Assembly: GCA_040883135.1 (NCBI GenBank)
Contig: JBFLKI010000154.1
Location: forward strand, 2,601-66,600
Direction: 5' to 3'
DNA from: Desulfotignum sp.
GTDB lineage: Bacteria; Desulfobacterota; Desulfobacteria; Desulfobacterales; Desulfobacteraceae
Length of the DNA: 64,000 bases
In this document: positions 8,780 through 18,046 of the stretch, in pieces
How positions within the stretch are numbered: position 1 is the first letter of the stretch
How the letters are laid out: each line of letters starts with the position of its first letter
Program-made: the position numbers and the translations under genes
Notes under the pieces: generated by a model
What the model was told of the DNA's origin: nothing
The model's input: only the letters and a program-made list of their open reading frames with translations
Databases searched by the model: none

Positions 8780-9852
8780 TCCGTGTTGATCAGAAAAATA
8801 ATGCCGCCGGCCAGGAAAAACGCATTGGCCACCCAGGGTGCCAACTGTGCCGGCAGCACCCCGGCATACCCCATGGACAAACAGATGCCGTAAATCACCC
8901 AGTAAAAAAAGGAAATCACTACCCCCAAGCCCACAGCGGCGGGCAGGTTCGTTCCGGCAAACGAACGCATTCCGGCAGCGGCACCGGTCAGGGCCATGAT
9001 GACACAGATGAATGGAAACGCTATCTTGCCGTACATGTCCACCTCATAAGTGGTGGCATCATACCCTTCACCCCGGACCTTGTCTACATAGTCCTTTAAT
9101 TCGAAGAACCCCATTTCATCGGATTTTTTCACCCATTGACCCAGGTCTTCGGGCACTACCCCCAGATCGGCCAGCGTCATGTCCGACTGGGTCACATCAT
9201 AGTCATCAGTCTCCGGGTTATAGGTTTGGACGACCACCTCCTCCAGTAGCCACTGGTCCAATTCATATCTGCCGGAACGGGCATCGATGCGGGATATCAG
9301 AAAAAAATCATCGTCCAGTGTGGTGGCGCAAACGCCGGCCACGGTTTTCCGGACCGGGTCAAAAAAACGGATATGTACCAGTCGGTTGGCAGACCGAATC
9401 CAGAGATTATTTCGGTTCTGGGTCATCTGATTCTGTTTCCGGATCTCATACTGACGAATATCATTGGATTTGGCCATGGACAGCGGTACCAAAGATTCTC
9501 CCAGGATAAACATCACTCCGGCCAGTACCAGACTGACTCCCACAGCAGGTTTCACCAGAAAGTACACGGAGATCCCCGATGATTTCACCGCGGTGAGCTC
9601 ATTGTTCCGGTTCATCAGTCCAAACACGGTGATGGCAGCCAGAAGAATGGCGGCCGGGGTCAGCTGGACAAACATGAACGGCAGCTTGAGAACCACATAC
9701 CAGAAAGCATGGATCAGCGAAATATCGGACTCAAGAAACTTGTCCATACGCGACAAATAGTCGATGACCACGAACAACGCCATGATCAGGGCCTGGATCA
9801 CGCCGAAAAACTTGAAAAACTCCCTGAGCCAGTATCTATGCAGGCAGGTCAT
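8776..9852 (-). CDS. lptG: LPS export ABC permease LptG (YjgP/YjgQ family)
   Basis: 358 aa with the YjgP/YjgQ architecture: TM bundle, periplasmic beta-jellyroll insert, then C-terminal TMs. It follows lptF directly. Confidence 0.85.
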   Translation of the reverse strand: MTCLHRYWLREFFKFFGVIQALIMALFVVIDYLSRMDKFLESDISLIHAFWYVVLKLPFMFVQLTPAAILLAAITVFGLMNRNNELTAVKSSGISVYFLVKPAVGVSLVLAGVMFILGESLVPLSMAKSNDIRQYEIRKQNQMTQNRNNLWIRSANRLVHIRFFDPVRKTVAGVCATTLDDDFFLISRIDARSGRYELDQWLLEEVVVQTYNPETDDYDVTQSDMTLADLGVVPEDLGQWVKKSDEMGFFELKDYVDKVRGEGYDATTYEVDMYGKIAFPFICVIMALTGAAAGMRSFAGTNLPAAVGLGVVISFFYWVIYGICLSMGYAGVLPAQLAPWVANAFFLAGGIIFLINTE

Positions 9853-11044
9853 GGCGCATCAGTTTTGTATACAAATATTTGAGCCAAACCCCGGCCTTTG
9901 CCAAAAATTTCGGCAACCTGACCGGATTTTCATCGGCATTGCGTTTGAGCAGATACCCTCCTGTCCCGGCCATGACCAGGTTGGGAATCCACATGCCGAA
10001 AACCGGAGGAAACCGGCCGGTTTCTCCGGCAGACCACCCGGCAGCCAGAAACATATAATAAACCACCAGAAAAAAAACACCCAGGCCCAGTCCGGAAGAT
10101 CGACCTGTCACCAGAGACTGAGCCCCGAGAGGAAAGGCCAGCAATCCCAGGAAAAGGCAGGCAAACGGTACGGAAAATTTTTCATGCAGCACCATCTTTG
10201 CCTCGCTCATTTTTTTATCATCCGCCTTACCGGCACGGATAAAATTCATCAGTTCCCGGAGGCTGTATTCATCAAGATCCTTTTGGATATTTTTGTCTCC
10301 ACCCTGCTGAATCCGGGCCAGATCGATATTGATATCATAATGTCCGAACCGGATATTGGACACCTCTTTTTTTTCGATGTCCACCTGGTTGATCATGCCG
10401 TTGTATAGCCGGATGGTATACATGTTTCTGTTCTGTGACAGAATCAGGCGGCCTTGCGGGGCAATTGAGATCCGGGTCATGCCCTTGACGGTTCTGTCTT
10501 CGATGAATACATCGGTCAGATCTCTGGTTTTCAGATCCACCTGGGACACATAGATCATGATATCTTCCAGCCGGGTGTTGAACTGCCGTTCCTCCAGGGC
10601 CAGATCCATACTGGAACGGGCCAGTTCCAGCGTTTTCTCTGTGACGGACAGCTTTCCCCAGGGTACGGCGAACACGGTAATGAAAAGAGTCACCCCGGTG
10701 CCCAGCAAACAGAAAATCAGTACCGGGGGAAGCAGCCGGTAAAGGGACAGGCCCGCGCCTTTGACTGCGGTCATTTCATTTTCCACGGACATGCGCACAA
10801 AAATCAGCAGCACGGCAATCATCACGGACATGGGAATGGTGAATTCCAGAAACCGGGGCAGGGTATATAAGATCATCAGCAGCACGGCAATCACATCTGC
10901 ATTGTAATTGACCACCAGATTCATGATTTCCGGAATCCGGGTCATCAGAAACACAAAGGTCAGAAAACACAGACTGATTCCGAACGGCGGAAAAAATTCT
11001 CTGAAGATATACCGGTTTATAGTGGTAGAGGCACGCATATGCAC
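9836..11044 (-). CDS. lptF: LPS export ABC permease LptF (YjgP/YjgQ family)
   Basis: 402 aa, starting INRYIFREFFPPFGISLCFLTFVFL..., with the same architecture as LptG. It is the first gene of the minus-strand envelope operon. Confidence 0.85.
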   Translation of the reverse strand: MHMRASTTINRYIFREFFPPFGISLCFLTFVFLMTRIPEIMNLVVNYNADVIAVLLMILYTLPRFLEFTIPMSVMIAVLLIFVRMSVENEMTAVKGAGLSLYRLLPPVLIFCLLGTGVTLFITVFAVPWGKLSVTEKTLELARSSMDLALEERQFNTRLEDIMIYVSQVDLKTRDLTDVFIEDRTVKGMTRISIAPQGRLILSQNRNMYTIRLYNGMINQVDIEKKEVSNIRFGHYDINIDLARIQQGGDKNIQKDLDEYSLRELMNFIRAGKADDKKMSEAKMVLHEKFSVPFACLFLGLLAFPLGAQSLVTGRSSGLGLGVFFLVVYYMFLAAGWSAGETGRFPPVFGMWIPNLVMAGTGGYLLKRNADENPVRLPKFLAKAGVWLKYLYTKLMRHDLPA

Positions 11045-11118
11045 TGTAATTATAAGTTTGGTTTTCCGGTGTCAAGGCAAGATGCAGTTTCGGGTTTTCA
11101 AACCCGGTTTTTCATGGT

Positions 11119-11784
11119 ATGAAACCGGTCATGAACTGCATCATCATTGCCGGCGGCAGACTGAATCCGGTCCGGACCCGGTCCTGGTCCCGTCAGATCC
11201 AGACCCTGCTGAAAACAGCGGATCTGATTATCGCCGCTGACAGCGGTGCCGGGCACATGAAAAAAACCGGATTCCTGCCCCATGTGATTGTCGGGGATCT
11301 GGATTCCATCGACCCGGACACGCTGGCTTTTTTCCGGAAAAACCAGGTACCGGTTCAGTCCCACCCCAGCCGAAAGAACAGGACCGATATGGCACTTTGC
11401 GTGGACTACGCAATGTCCCAAGGTGCCACCCACATGACCATGCTGGCCGCCACCGGCACCCGGCTGGATCATACACTGGCAAATATTCTGCTGCTGATGC
11501 CTCTGGCGGATGCGGGTATTGCAGCCAGAATCATAGATGAAAAAAATGAGATTTGTGTGGTGAAAGATCGGGTGGAGCTGACTGGAAACCCCGGAGATCT
11601 GGTGTCTCTGATTCCCTTGACCCCCACGGTCCAGGGGGTCACCCTCAAAGGGCTGTCCTATCCACTCGAAAATCATACCCTGAAAATGGGAACCACTCTG
11701 GGGATCAGCAATTTTTTTTCAGCCTCTTGTGCACAAATTTTTATCCGGTCTGGCACACTCCTTGTGGTACGATCCATGGATTGA
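11119..11784 (+). CDS. thiN: Thiamine pyrophosphokinase
   Basis: 221 aa: IIAGG...IIAADSGAGHM...VIVGDLDSI...KNRTDMALCVDYA...ATGTRLDHTLANI, the TPK catalytic and thiamine-binding pattern. Confidence 0.8.
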   Translation: MKPVMNCIIIAGGRLNPVRTRSWSRQIQTLLKTADLIIAADSGAGHMKKTGFLPHVIVGDLDSIDPDTLAFFRKNQVPVQSHPSRKNRTDMALCVDYAMSQGATHMTMLAATGTRLDHTLANILLLMPLADAGIAARIIDEKNEICVVKDRVELTGNPGDLVSLIPLTPTVQGVTLKGLSYPLENHTLKMGTTLGISNFFSASCAQIFIRSGTLLVVRSMD

Positions 11785-11787
11785 AAC

Positions 11788-11820
11788 AAAAAAGGTGTGC
11801 GGTTACCCGCACACCTTTTT
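11788..11820. terminator. Bidirectional rho-independent terminator between the convergent thiN and hesB-like genes
   Basis: AAAAAAGGTGTGCGG-TTAC-CCGCACACCTTTTT is a perfect GC-rich stem flanked by an A-run and a T-run, so it can act on either strand. Confidence 0.7.
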
Positions 11821-11841
11821 GGTATCCTTATATATCTAGGA

Positions 11842-12150
11842 TTAATCGCACGACCCGGAACATCCGCCGCACCCGGGTGCGCCGAGATCCATGTTGGAAT
11901 CCAGGTGAAACCCCATGCCCGTAAAGTCAATTTTGATCCGTTCCGCTTTCTCCATGAAATCTTTGTCCACAACAAATTTGTGTCCTTTCACGTCAAAGCT
12001 GTCATCCGAATTTTTAGGCTCATCCAGAGCCATGGCCAGAGAAGGTCCCCCTCAGCCGCCGGAATTTAGAAAAATTCGAATCGGAGTCGGTTCTTTCCCC
12101 TGAAAATAATTGTCGATCTGCTCTTTTGCAGGATCTGTAAGTTCAATCAT
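11842..12150 (-). CDS. HesB-like selenoprotein (102 codons) with an in-frame UGA (Sec) at 12052-12054
   Basis: Reading from ATG 12150 (RBS TAAGGAGAG upstream) gives MIELTDPAKEQIDNYFQGKEPTPIRIFLNSGG-U-GGPSLAMALDEPKNSDDSFDVKGHKFVVDKDFMEKAERIKIDFTGMGFHLDSNMDLGAPGCGGCSGSCD*. The track reports only the 63 aa after the TGA. The frame is continuous and has a HesB/IscA-like layout. Confidence 0.8.
12017..12031 (-). promoter_or_regulatory. Candidate bacterial SECIS hairpin core downstream of the UGA
   Basis: In the mRNA, GGCUC-UGGAU-GAGCC starts 20 nt after the UGA and its apical loop contains GG. The fold has not been evaluated computationally. Confidence 0.4.
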
Positions 12151-12347
12151 TGCTAATCTCTCCTTATGGTTTGATGAATTCAGGTTATGCCTGCCTGAAT
12201 AGTTATTATTTTAATCACCGTGTCCGGGCCTGTCAATGTTTAGACGTGTTTGTTTTCCCGTTTTTCTGAATCCCCTTGCAAATTACAGGGATTTCTGCAA
12301 AGAATAATTTAAAATTATAATTTTAACATGCCGGCGGGAATGACGCA

Positions 12348-13364
12348 ATGAAAATACTTGTCACCGGCGGGGCCGGATATATTGGCAGCCACACCTGTGT
12401 GGCGCTTCTGAACCAGGGCCATGACGTGGTGGTGGTGGACAATCTGTGCAACAGCTCCGAGGTTTCTATAAACCGGGTAAGGGAAATCACCGGCAGACCC
12501 CTTGATTTTTTCAAAGTGTCCCTGCTGGACAACGAGGGGCTCACCCGGATTTTTTCCCGGCACCGGCCAGATGCAGTGATCCATTTTGCCGGACTCAAAG
12601 CAGTGGGAGAATCCACAGCCATTCCGCTGACGTATTTTCACAACAATGTCACCGGCACATTGAATCTGCTGTCGGTCATGGCTGAATCCGGCGTAAAAAA
12701 AATCCTTTTTTCCTCCTCCGCCACGGTGTATGGAGAACCAGACACCCTGCCCATCAAGGAAGATTTCCCTCTGTCCGTTACCAACCCATACGGCCGGACC
12801 AAACTGATGATCGAGCAGATCCTTCAGGATCTCTTCTTGTCTGATCCAACATGGCACATAGCCCTGCTGCGTTATTTCAATCCGGTGGGGGCCCATCCCA
12901 GCGGCCTGATTGGAGAGGACCCTCTGGGGATTCCCAACAATCTGGTTCCCTACATCGCCCGGGTGGCCATTGGTGCACTTGATTCGGTTCAGGTGTTCGG
13001 CAATGATTATGACACTCCGGACGGCACCGGCATCCGGGATTACATTCATGTGTCCGATCTGGCGGAAGGCCATGTGAAAACCCTGCCCAAACTGACGGCC
13101 GAGCCCGGTGTTCTGATCTACAACCTGGGCACCGGCAGAGGATATTCCGTGCTTGAAATGATCCAGGGATTTGAACGCGCCTGCGGCCGTCCCATCCCCT
13201 ATCAAATCGTTTCCCGGCGGCCCGGGGACATCGGGGCCTGCTGGGCAGACCCGGACAGGGCGAGAAAAGAACTGGGATGGCATGCAAAAAGATCTTTGGA
13301 CGACATGTGCGCAGACACCTGGCGATGGCAGCGGAAAAACCCACATGGTTATGACCGGTTATAG
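12348..13364 (+). CDS. galE: UDP-glucose 4-epimerase
   Basis: 338 aa: MKILVTGGAGYIGSHTCVALL..., SSSATVYG, a YxxxK-type region, and end-to-end similarity to GalE. Confidence 0.9.
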   Translation: MKILVTGGAGYIGSHTCVALLNQGHDVVVVDNLCNSSEVSINRVREITGRPLDFFKVSLLDNEGLTRIFSRHRPDAVIHFAGLKAVGESTAIPLTYFHNNVTGTLNLLSVMAESGVKKILFSSSATVYGEPDTLPIKEDFPLSVTNPYGRTKLMIEQILQDLFLSDPTWHIALLRYFNPVGAHPSGLIGEDPLGIPNNLVPYIARVAIGALDSVQVFGNDYDTPDGTGIRDYIHVSDLAEGHVKTLPKLTAEPGVLIYNLGTGRGYSVLEMIQGFERACGRPIPYQIVSRRPGDIGACWADPDRARKELGWHAKRSLDDMCADTWRWQRKNPHGYDRL

Positions 13365-14154
13365 CCTCGCCCCGCAAGATCCCGTCCAGGTGGCCATCGG
13401 TGCCCGGCTCAGAAACTGCCCCCGGATCGATACGATGGGATTCCGGCCCAATTTTTCCGATTATACTTTCGACCAGCAGCAGCGGCTCTTATCAGCCCCT
13501 CGAATCCTCTATCCCACCGCTTTCTATGCCGGTTTGTTCAATGCCATGGGAAAACCCACATTCCCCAGTTTTCACACCTACACCTTTGCCATGGACAAAA
13601 TCCGGCAAACCGCTATATTTCAGATGCAGGGCATTCCACACCCTATCACCCGGATTTTTTACGGCCCCCGCCAGAAACAGAACATCGGGGCCCTGTTTCC
13701 TTTTCCGTTTGTCGCCAAGATTCCCCGGGGATCCGCCCGGGGCAACGGGGTTTTTCTTATCCGTGATCAGGCGGAGTTGTCTGCGTATCTGGCCCGAAAA
13801 CACCCGGCCTATATCCAGGAATACCTGCCCATAGACCGCGACATCCGAGTGATCATCATCGGGAAAAACGTGGCGCTGGCATACTGGCGGATAGCCCCGA
13901 AAGGAAGGTTCATGACCAACATTTCCCAGGGTGGGCGGATCTGTTTTGATCCGGTACCGGCAAAGGCCCTGGAACTGGCACTGTCAACCGCCGACAAATG
14001 CGGCTGGGATGATGTGGGCATCGATATTGTGGAATTCCGGGGCCGGTTTCTGGTGCTGGAAGGAAACATGAAATACGGCACCAAAGGTTTTCAGAAAGCG
14101 GGAATCAACTACAAACAGATGCTGTGTGACAAGATTCTCACCGGCGAAATCTGA
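13345..14154 (+). CDS. ATP-grasp domain protein (RimK-like ligase)
   Basis: VAKIPRGSARGNGVFLI...YIQEYLPIDRDIRVIIIG...GIDIVEFRGRFLVLEGN is the ATP-grasp pattern. The start was moved to ATG 13345. The track's upstream 58 aa lie inside galE in another frame. Confidence 0.75.
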   Translation: MVMTGYSLAPQDPVQVAIGARLRNCPRIDTMGFRPNFSDYTFDQQQRLLSAPRILYPTAFYAGLFNAMGKPTFPSFHTYTFAMDKIRQTAIFQMQGIPHPITRIFYGPRQKQNIGALFPFPFVAKIPRGSARGNGVFLIRDQAELSAYLARKHPAYIQEYLPIDRDIRVIIIGKNVALAYWRIAPKGRFMTNISQGGRICFDPVPAKALELALSTADKCGWDDVGIDIVEFRGRFLVLEGNMKYGTKGFQKAGINYKQMLCDKILTGEI

Positions 14155-14214
14155 CCTGCCGGTAAGAGAGATCTTTTGTTCAGAATTCCGGTTGGCCGGG
14201 TTATCCGGGCTCAG

Positions 14215-14775
14215 CTACAGCAACCCGGCATCTGCCTCGTCCTTCTCCCATTCAGACACATAGTCGTGAACAGCGGCATACCTGGCATTTCCCCGGGGTT
14301 TCAACAGCACATACCCCATCGCATCCAGATGATTCTCCAGAAGATCGAAGAATGCGGCAGCCACCTGCTGAACGTCATCTCCGGGAACCGGAAACGCATT
14401 CATCCGGTCCGTCACCATCCGGGTCAGGTGTCCTTCAGGAACAAAAAAATCACACTTCACATGGTTCCATTCCTCGGGAAACGGCTGGATTTTCCATGGA
14501 ATCAGGTGCTCGGGCCGCAGAACCCGGGGGTTTTTGGGGTTGAACTCCGACCGGACAATCTTTGTTTTTCCCGAAGAAAATCCCGTCAATTCCTCGAGCA
14601 CATCCCGGGCCGTATGCCCGAATATCCATTCCTCGGGCGCCAGAAGGACCGGGGGATATTCCGCACTGGTCAACGCGAATTCAAATGGTCCGCTTTCTTT
14701 CCAGAACCGCTTGAAATCTGATGAATGGGGCAGAATTCGTCTGATCACCGACATATCTGTTTTTTGCTTGATCAT
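14215..14775 (-). CDS. Hypothetical protein (no family recognised)
   Basis: 186 aa from ATG 14775 (MIKQKTDMSVIRRILPHSSDFKRFWKE...). The longer track ORF would overlap the birA start and promoter, so it was trimmed. Confidence 0.55.
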   Translation of the reverse strand: MIKQKTDMSVIRRILPHSSDFKRFWKESGPFEFALTSAEYPPVLLAPEEWIFGHTARDVLEELTGFSSGKTKIVRSEFNPKNPRVLRPEHLIPWKIQPFPEEWNHVKCDFFVPEGHLTRMVTDRMNAFPVPGDDVQQVAAAFFDLLENHLDAMGYVLLKPRGNARYAAVHDYVSEWEKDEADAGLL

Positions 14776-14874
14776 GGTCTTCCGCTTATAAACCAGATAA
14801 GGTTCCGATTCAAGAAAAACCGCATAAAAAAACGATATCCACACATATATTCTCTTGACCGGCAACCGGTTTTC

Positions 14875-14905
14875 TGTTAACCATTCAATCCTATCATGGT
14901 TAACC
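14875..14905 (+). promoter_or_regulatory. BirA operator-like inverted repeat, TGTTAACC-N15-GGTTAACC
   Basis: The half-sites at 14875-14882 and 14898-14905 match 7 of 8 positions as a palindrome. The right half overlaps the birA ATG (14896). TTGACC at 14855-14860 lies upstream. Confidence 0.55.
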
Positions 14906-15843
14906 AGGCATCCCATACCCGACAGATCATTCTGGAACGGTTCTACAGAGCGAAACACGTCACCGTTTCCGGGGTTCAGCTCAGTGAAGAGACCGGAATC
15001 TCCCGGGTGGCGGTCTGGAAGCACATTCAGGCCCTGAAAAAAGAGGGATTCAACATCCAGTCCAGCCCGAAAGGGTATTTTCTGGCAGATCCGGACAACC
15101 TGCTGTTGCCCACCTGTTTTGAGGCCCCTTTATCCGAAAGGCTCCATTATTTTCCACAGGTGACCACCACCATGGACAAAGCCAGGGAACTGGCCCGAAA
15201 AGGTGCACCCCATTTCAGCTGTGTGCTGGCGGAACACCAGACAAACGGGCGGGGACGGCTCAATCGGAAATGGGAATCAGGCCCGGGCGGTCTGTGGATT
15301 ACCCTGATTCTGACCCCGGACATCCCGGCGGCCCTGGCCTATCTGTACAATTTTGCCGCTTCCCTGACCCTGTCCTTGACACTGGAAGGCCTTTTCGGAC
15401 TGGATGTCCGGGTCAAATGGCCCAATGATCTGCTGCTGCAGGGAAAAAAGCTGGCAGGCCTGTTGTCGGAAATGGAAACCCGGGCCGACATGATCCGGTA
15501 CCTGCTGGTGGGGATCGGACTCAATGTCAACAATGATCCGTCTTCTGAATCTTTTGCAGCCACCTCCCTTCAAAGGGTACTGGGCAGGCCGGTATCCAGA
15601 AAAGAAATTCTGACACAGTTTATGCAGCAATTTGCCGACAGGATCCGTCACCTGGATGCCACCGGCATCATGACAGCATGGAAACAGCGCACCAGCACCA
15701 TCGGCACCCGGGTCCGGGTGGAAACCCGGCATCAGATCATTGAAGGCCTGGCCACAAATGTGGATGAGGCCGGCACCCTGTGGGTGAAGGATGCAGGCAA
15801 TCAGATCCATGCCATTATTTACGGCGACTGTTTTCACACCTGA
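14896..15843 (+). CDS. birA: Bifunctional biotin-[acetyl-CoA-carboxylase] ligase and biotin operon repressor
   Basis: N-terminal wHTH (LSEETGISRVAVWKHIQALKKEGFNI), then the ligase motifs HQTNGRGRLNRKWES and KWPNDLLLQGKKLAGLL. Confidence 0.9.
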   Translation: MVNQASHTRQIILERFYRAKHVTVSGVQLSEETGISRVAVWKHIQALKKEGFNIQSSPKGYFLADPDNLLLPTCFEAPLSERLHYFPQVTTTMDKARELARKGAPHFSCVLAEHQTNGRGRLNRKWESGPGGLWITLILTPDIPAALAYLYNFAASLTLSLTLEGLFGLDVRVKWPNDLLLQGKKLAGLLSEMETRADMIRYLLVGIGLNVNNDPSSESFAATSLQRVLGRPVSRKEILTQFMQQFADRIRHLDATGIMTAWKQRTSTIGTRVRVETRHQIIEGLATNVDEAGTLWVKDAGNQIHAIIYGDCFHT

Positions 15844-15853
15844 AAGGAATTTG

Positions 15854-16387
15854 ATGATGGATCAGATGGACACTTTGCGGCCCATGGTTCATGCGGCACT
15901 GTTCGTGGCCTTGATATCCATGGGTGCGTTCATCGCCATTCCCATCGGACCGGTCCCCATTGTGCTTCAGAACATGTTCGTCCTGCTGGCGGGCCTGATT
16001 CTGGGGCCTGCCTGGGGCACGGGGTGTGTGGCGGTGTATCTGCTGGTGGGCATGGCCGGACTGCCGGTGTTTGCCGGCGGCACATCCGGTATCGGCAAAC
16101 TGTTTGGCCCCACGGGTGGTTATCTGCTGGGATACCTGCCCGCCGTCCTGGTGACCGGGGCGGTGTCCCGGTTTCTGGGGAAAACAGTGTTCCGGGACGT
16201 TCTGGCCATGCTCGCCGGTTCCATCGTCCTTTACGGCATCGGGGTGCCGTGGCTGAAGCTGGCTTTTTCCCTGTCCTGGGGCCAGGCCGTGGCCATGGGG
16301 ATGGCCCCGTTTCTTTTGGGGGATGCCCTCAAAATCGCGGCTGCCGTGGTCATTGCCGGAAAAATCCGCCCGTTAATCAAGGAATGA
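15854..16387 (+). CDS. bioY: Biotin ECF transporter S component
   Basis: BioY hallmarks: AIPIGPVPIVLQNMFVLLAGLILGP...GGYLLGYL. The start was moved to ATG 15854, after the birA stop, with AAAGGAA upstream. Confidence 0.85.
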   Translation: MMDQMDTLRPMVHAALFVALISMGAFIAIPIGPVPIVLQNMFVLLAGLILGPAWGTGCVAVYLLVGMAGLPVFAGGTSGIGKLFGPTGGYLLGYLPAVLVTGAVSRFLGKTVFRDVLAMLAGSIVLYGIGVPWLKLAFSLSWGQAVAMGMAPFLLGDALKIAAAVVIAGKIRPLIKE

Positions 16388-16393
16388 TCCATC

Positions 16394-17149
16394 ATGCCGG
16401 ACCCGATTCTGGAAATCGATCACCTGACCCATGAATTTGCCGGCGGTGCGGGGATTCATGATATCAGCTTCCAGATTTTTCCCGGGGAGTTCATCCTCCT
16501 GGCCGGTCCCAACGGATCCGGGAAAACCACGCTCATCCGTCATCTCAATGCCCTGGAACGCCCGTCTTCAGGAAATATACGGCTCAACGGCCGGCCGGTC
16601 ACAGAAAACCTGATACTCACCCGTAAAACCATCGGCATGGTGTTCCAGGATGCCGACACCCAGATCGTGGGCGATACCGTGTCAGATGAGGTGGCATTCG
16701 GACTGGAAAACCTGAACACGCCCCGGCCACAAATCCGTGAAAAAGTGGATCAGGCCCTGACACGCTTGACGCTGTCCCATCTCAAAGACCGGAACCCTGC
16801 CACCCTGTCCGGCGGTGAAAAACGCCGGCTGGCCATTGCCGGCATCCTGGTCATGGATCCGAAAATCATCATACTGGACGAACCTTTCGCCAACCTGGAC
16901 CACCCCGCCTCCCAGGACCTGATCAAAACCATCTGCCGGCTCAACCGGGAGGGACATACCATCATCTTGGCGACCCATGACGTGGAAGATGTCATCTTTC
17001 TGGCCTCCCGAATGCTCATCATGGACCTTCAAGGCTGTCTGATTCAGGACAGCCGTCCCGGCGACCTGCTGGGATGCCTGGAAAGGTTCGGCATCAGAGA
17101 ACCTTGTTTTTCCCGCATGGGATATACCTTTCCCCCATGGCAGACCTGA
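16394..17149 (+). CDS. ECF transporter ATPase (BioM/EcfA/CbiO type)
   Basis: Walker A GPNGSGKTT, signature LSGGEKRRLAIA, Walker B IIILDEP. Confidence 0.85.
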   Translation: MPDPILEIDHLTHEFAGGAGIHDISFQIFPGEFILLAGPNGSGKTTLIRHLNALERPSSGNIRLNGRPVTENLILTRKTIGMVFQDADTQIVGDTVSDEVAFGLENLNTPRPQIREKVDQALTRLTLSHLKDRNPATLSGGEKRRLAIAGILVMDPKIIILDEPFANLDHPASQDLIKTICRLNREGHTIILATHDVEDVIFLASRMLIMDLQGCLIQDSRPGDLLGCLERFGIREPCFSRMGYTFPPWQT

Positions 17150-17964
17150 CCCTGTTTTCCTTCCGGGCCGGCGCCACACCCCTGCATGCCCTGGATGTTC
17201 GGATCAAGACCGTTCTGGTCTGCATGCTGAGCATGACATTGTTTTTTGCCGAATTCAGTGCCTGCCTGGCCTGTTTTCTGGTGGTCTATCCTCTGATCCG
17301 CAGCCAGGACATGACGCTTTTTACCCTGTTGATCCGGTTGAAAGGATTTGTTTTGCTTTTATCCCTCATGGCTGCCGCCAGGGCGGTTACCGTGCCTGGT
17401 GATCCGATATGGTCCTTTTTCGATATTGAGATCACCCGGCAGGGACTGGCCCAGGGAAGCCTGGTGGCAACCAGGTTTTTTCTGGTCATGGTGATCGGTA
17501 TGCTCTTTGCCGTCACCACACGGCCGGCTGATCTCAAAAGCGCAGCCCAATGGTTCTTGGCTCCGGTTCCCTTTATCCCGGAAAAACGGGTAGGCCTCAT
17601 GATCAGCCTGTTTCTGCGTTTTTTCCCCCTGATTCTGTCACAGGCCGGACAAACCGCGGATGCCGTCAATTCCCGGTGCGGCAGTTTTCGAAAAAACCCG
17701 GTGCGCCGGATTCGGTTTCTCTCGCTGCCTTTGCTGAGAAAAACCGTCATGGCCGCAGACCACCTGAGCCTGGCCATGACTGCCCGCTGTTACACCGAAA
17801 AAAGGACGGATCCCGAATTCGAGCCCGGCGGAAAAGAACGGATTTTCCTGATGGCCGGAGCCGGCCTCTGCCTGGGAATGATCCTTTTGTCCCGGGAGTC
17901 CTTCTGGATGATATTTTGGTCATCTGTGAAATTTGTGGTTGATCCGGTCAATGATTTGTTGTAG
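17137..17964 (+). CDS. ECF transporter transmembrane T component (BioN/EcfT/CbiQ type)
   Basis: A polytopic protein that starts MADLTLFSFRAGATPLHALDVRIK (the typical EcfT N-terminus) and has an Arg-rich coupling-helix region. It overlaps the ATPase gene by 13 nt. Confidence 0.8.
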   Translation: MADLTLFSFRAGATPLHALDVRIKTVLVCMLSMTLFFAEFSACLACFLVVYPLIRSQDMTLFTLLIRLKGFVLLLSLMAAARAVTVPGDPIWSFFDIEITRQGLAQGSLVATRFFLVMVIGMLFAVTTRPADLKSAAQWFLAPVPFIPEKRVGLMISLFLRFFPLILSQAGQTADAVNSRCGSFRKNPVRRIRFLSLPLLRKTVMAADHLSLAMTARCYTEKRTDPEFEPGGKERIFLMAGAGLCLGMILLSRESFWMIFWSSVKFVVDPVNDLL

Positions 17965-18046
17965 AGTCAACGGCTACGATAAATTATCATTACTTTTATG
18001 AATGACCTGATTTAATAATGCGGGCAGTATAAAGGAGGCATTCCTT

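Noticed and set aside
11070-11118. A hairpin, CGGGTTT-TCA-AAACCCG followed by GTTTTT, just upstream of thiN. I considered it as a TPP riboswitch or attenuator.
   Set aside because: The lptF-thiN spacer is only 74 nt, too short for a THI-box aptamer, and I could not see the conserved CUGAGA / ACCUGA elements. It may be a minor structural element of the divergent promoter region.
12151-12347. The hesB-like/galE divergent spacer contains ATTCAGG-N9-CCTGAAT and an AT-rich block (AATTTAAAATTATAATTTTAA). I considered it as a regulator site or small RNA.
   Set aside because: The 7-bp inverted repeat and the AT block are consistent with ordinary divergent promoters. There is no second copy elsewhere in the window and no evidence of a structured RNA.
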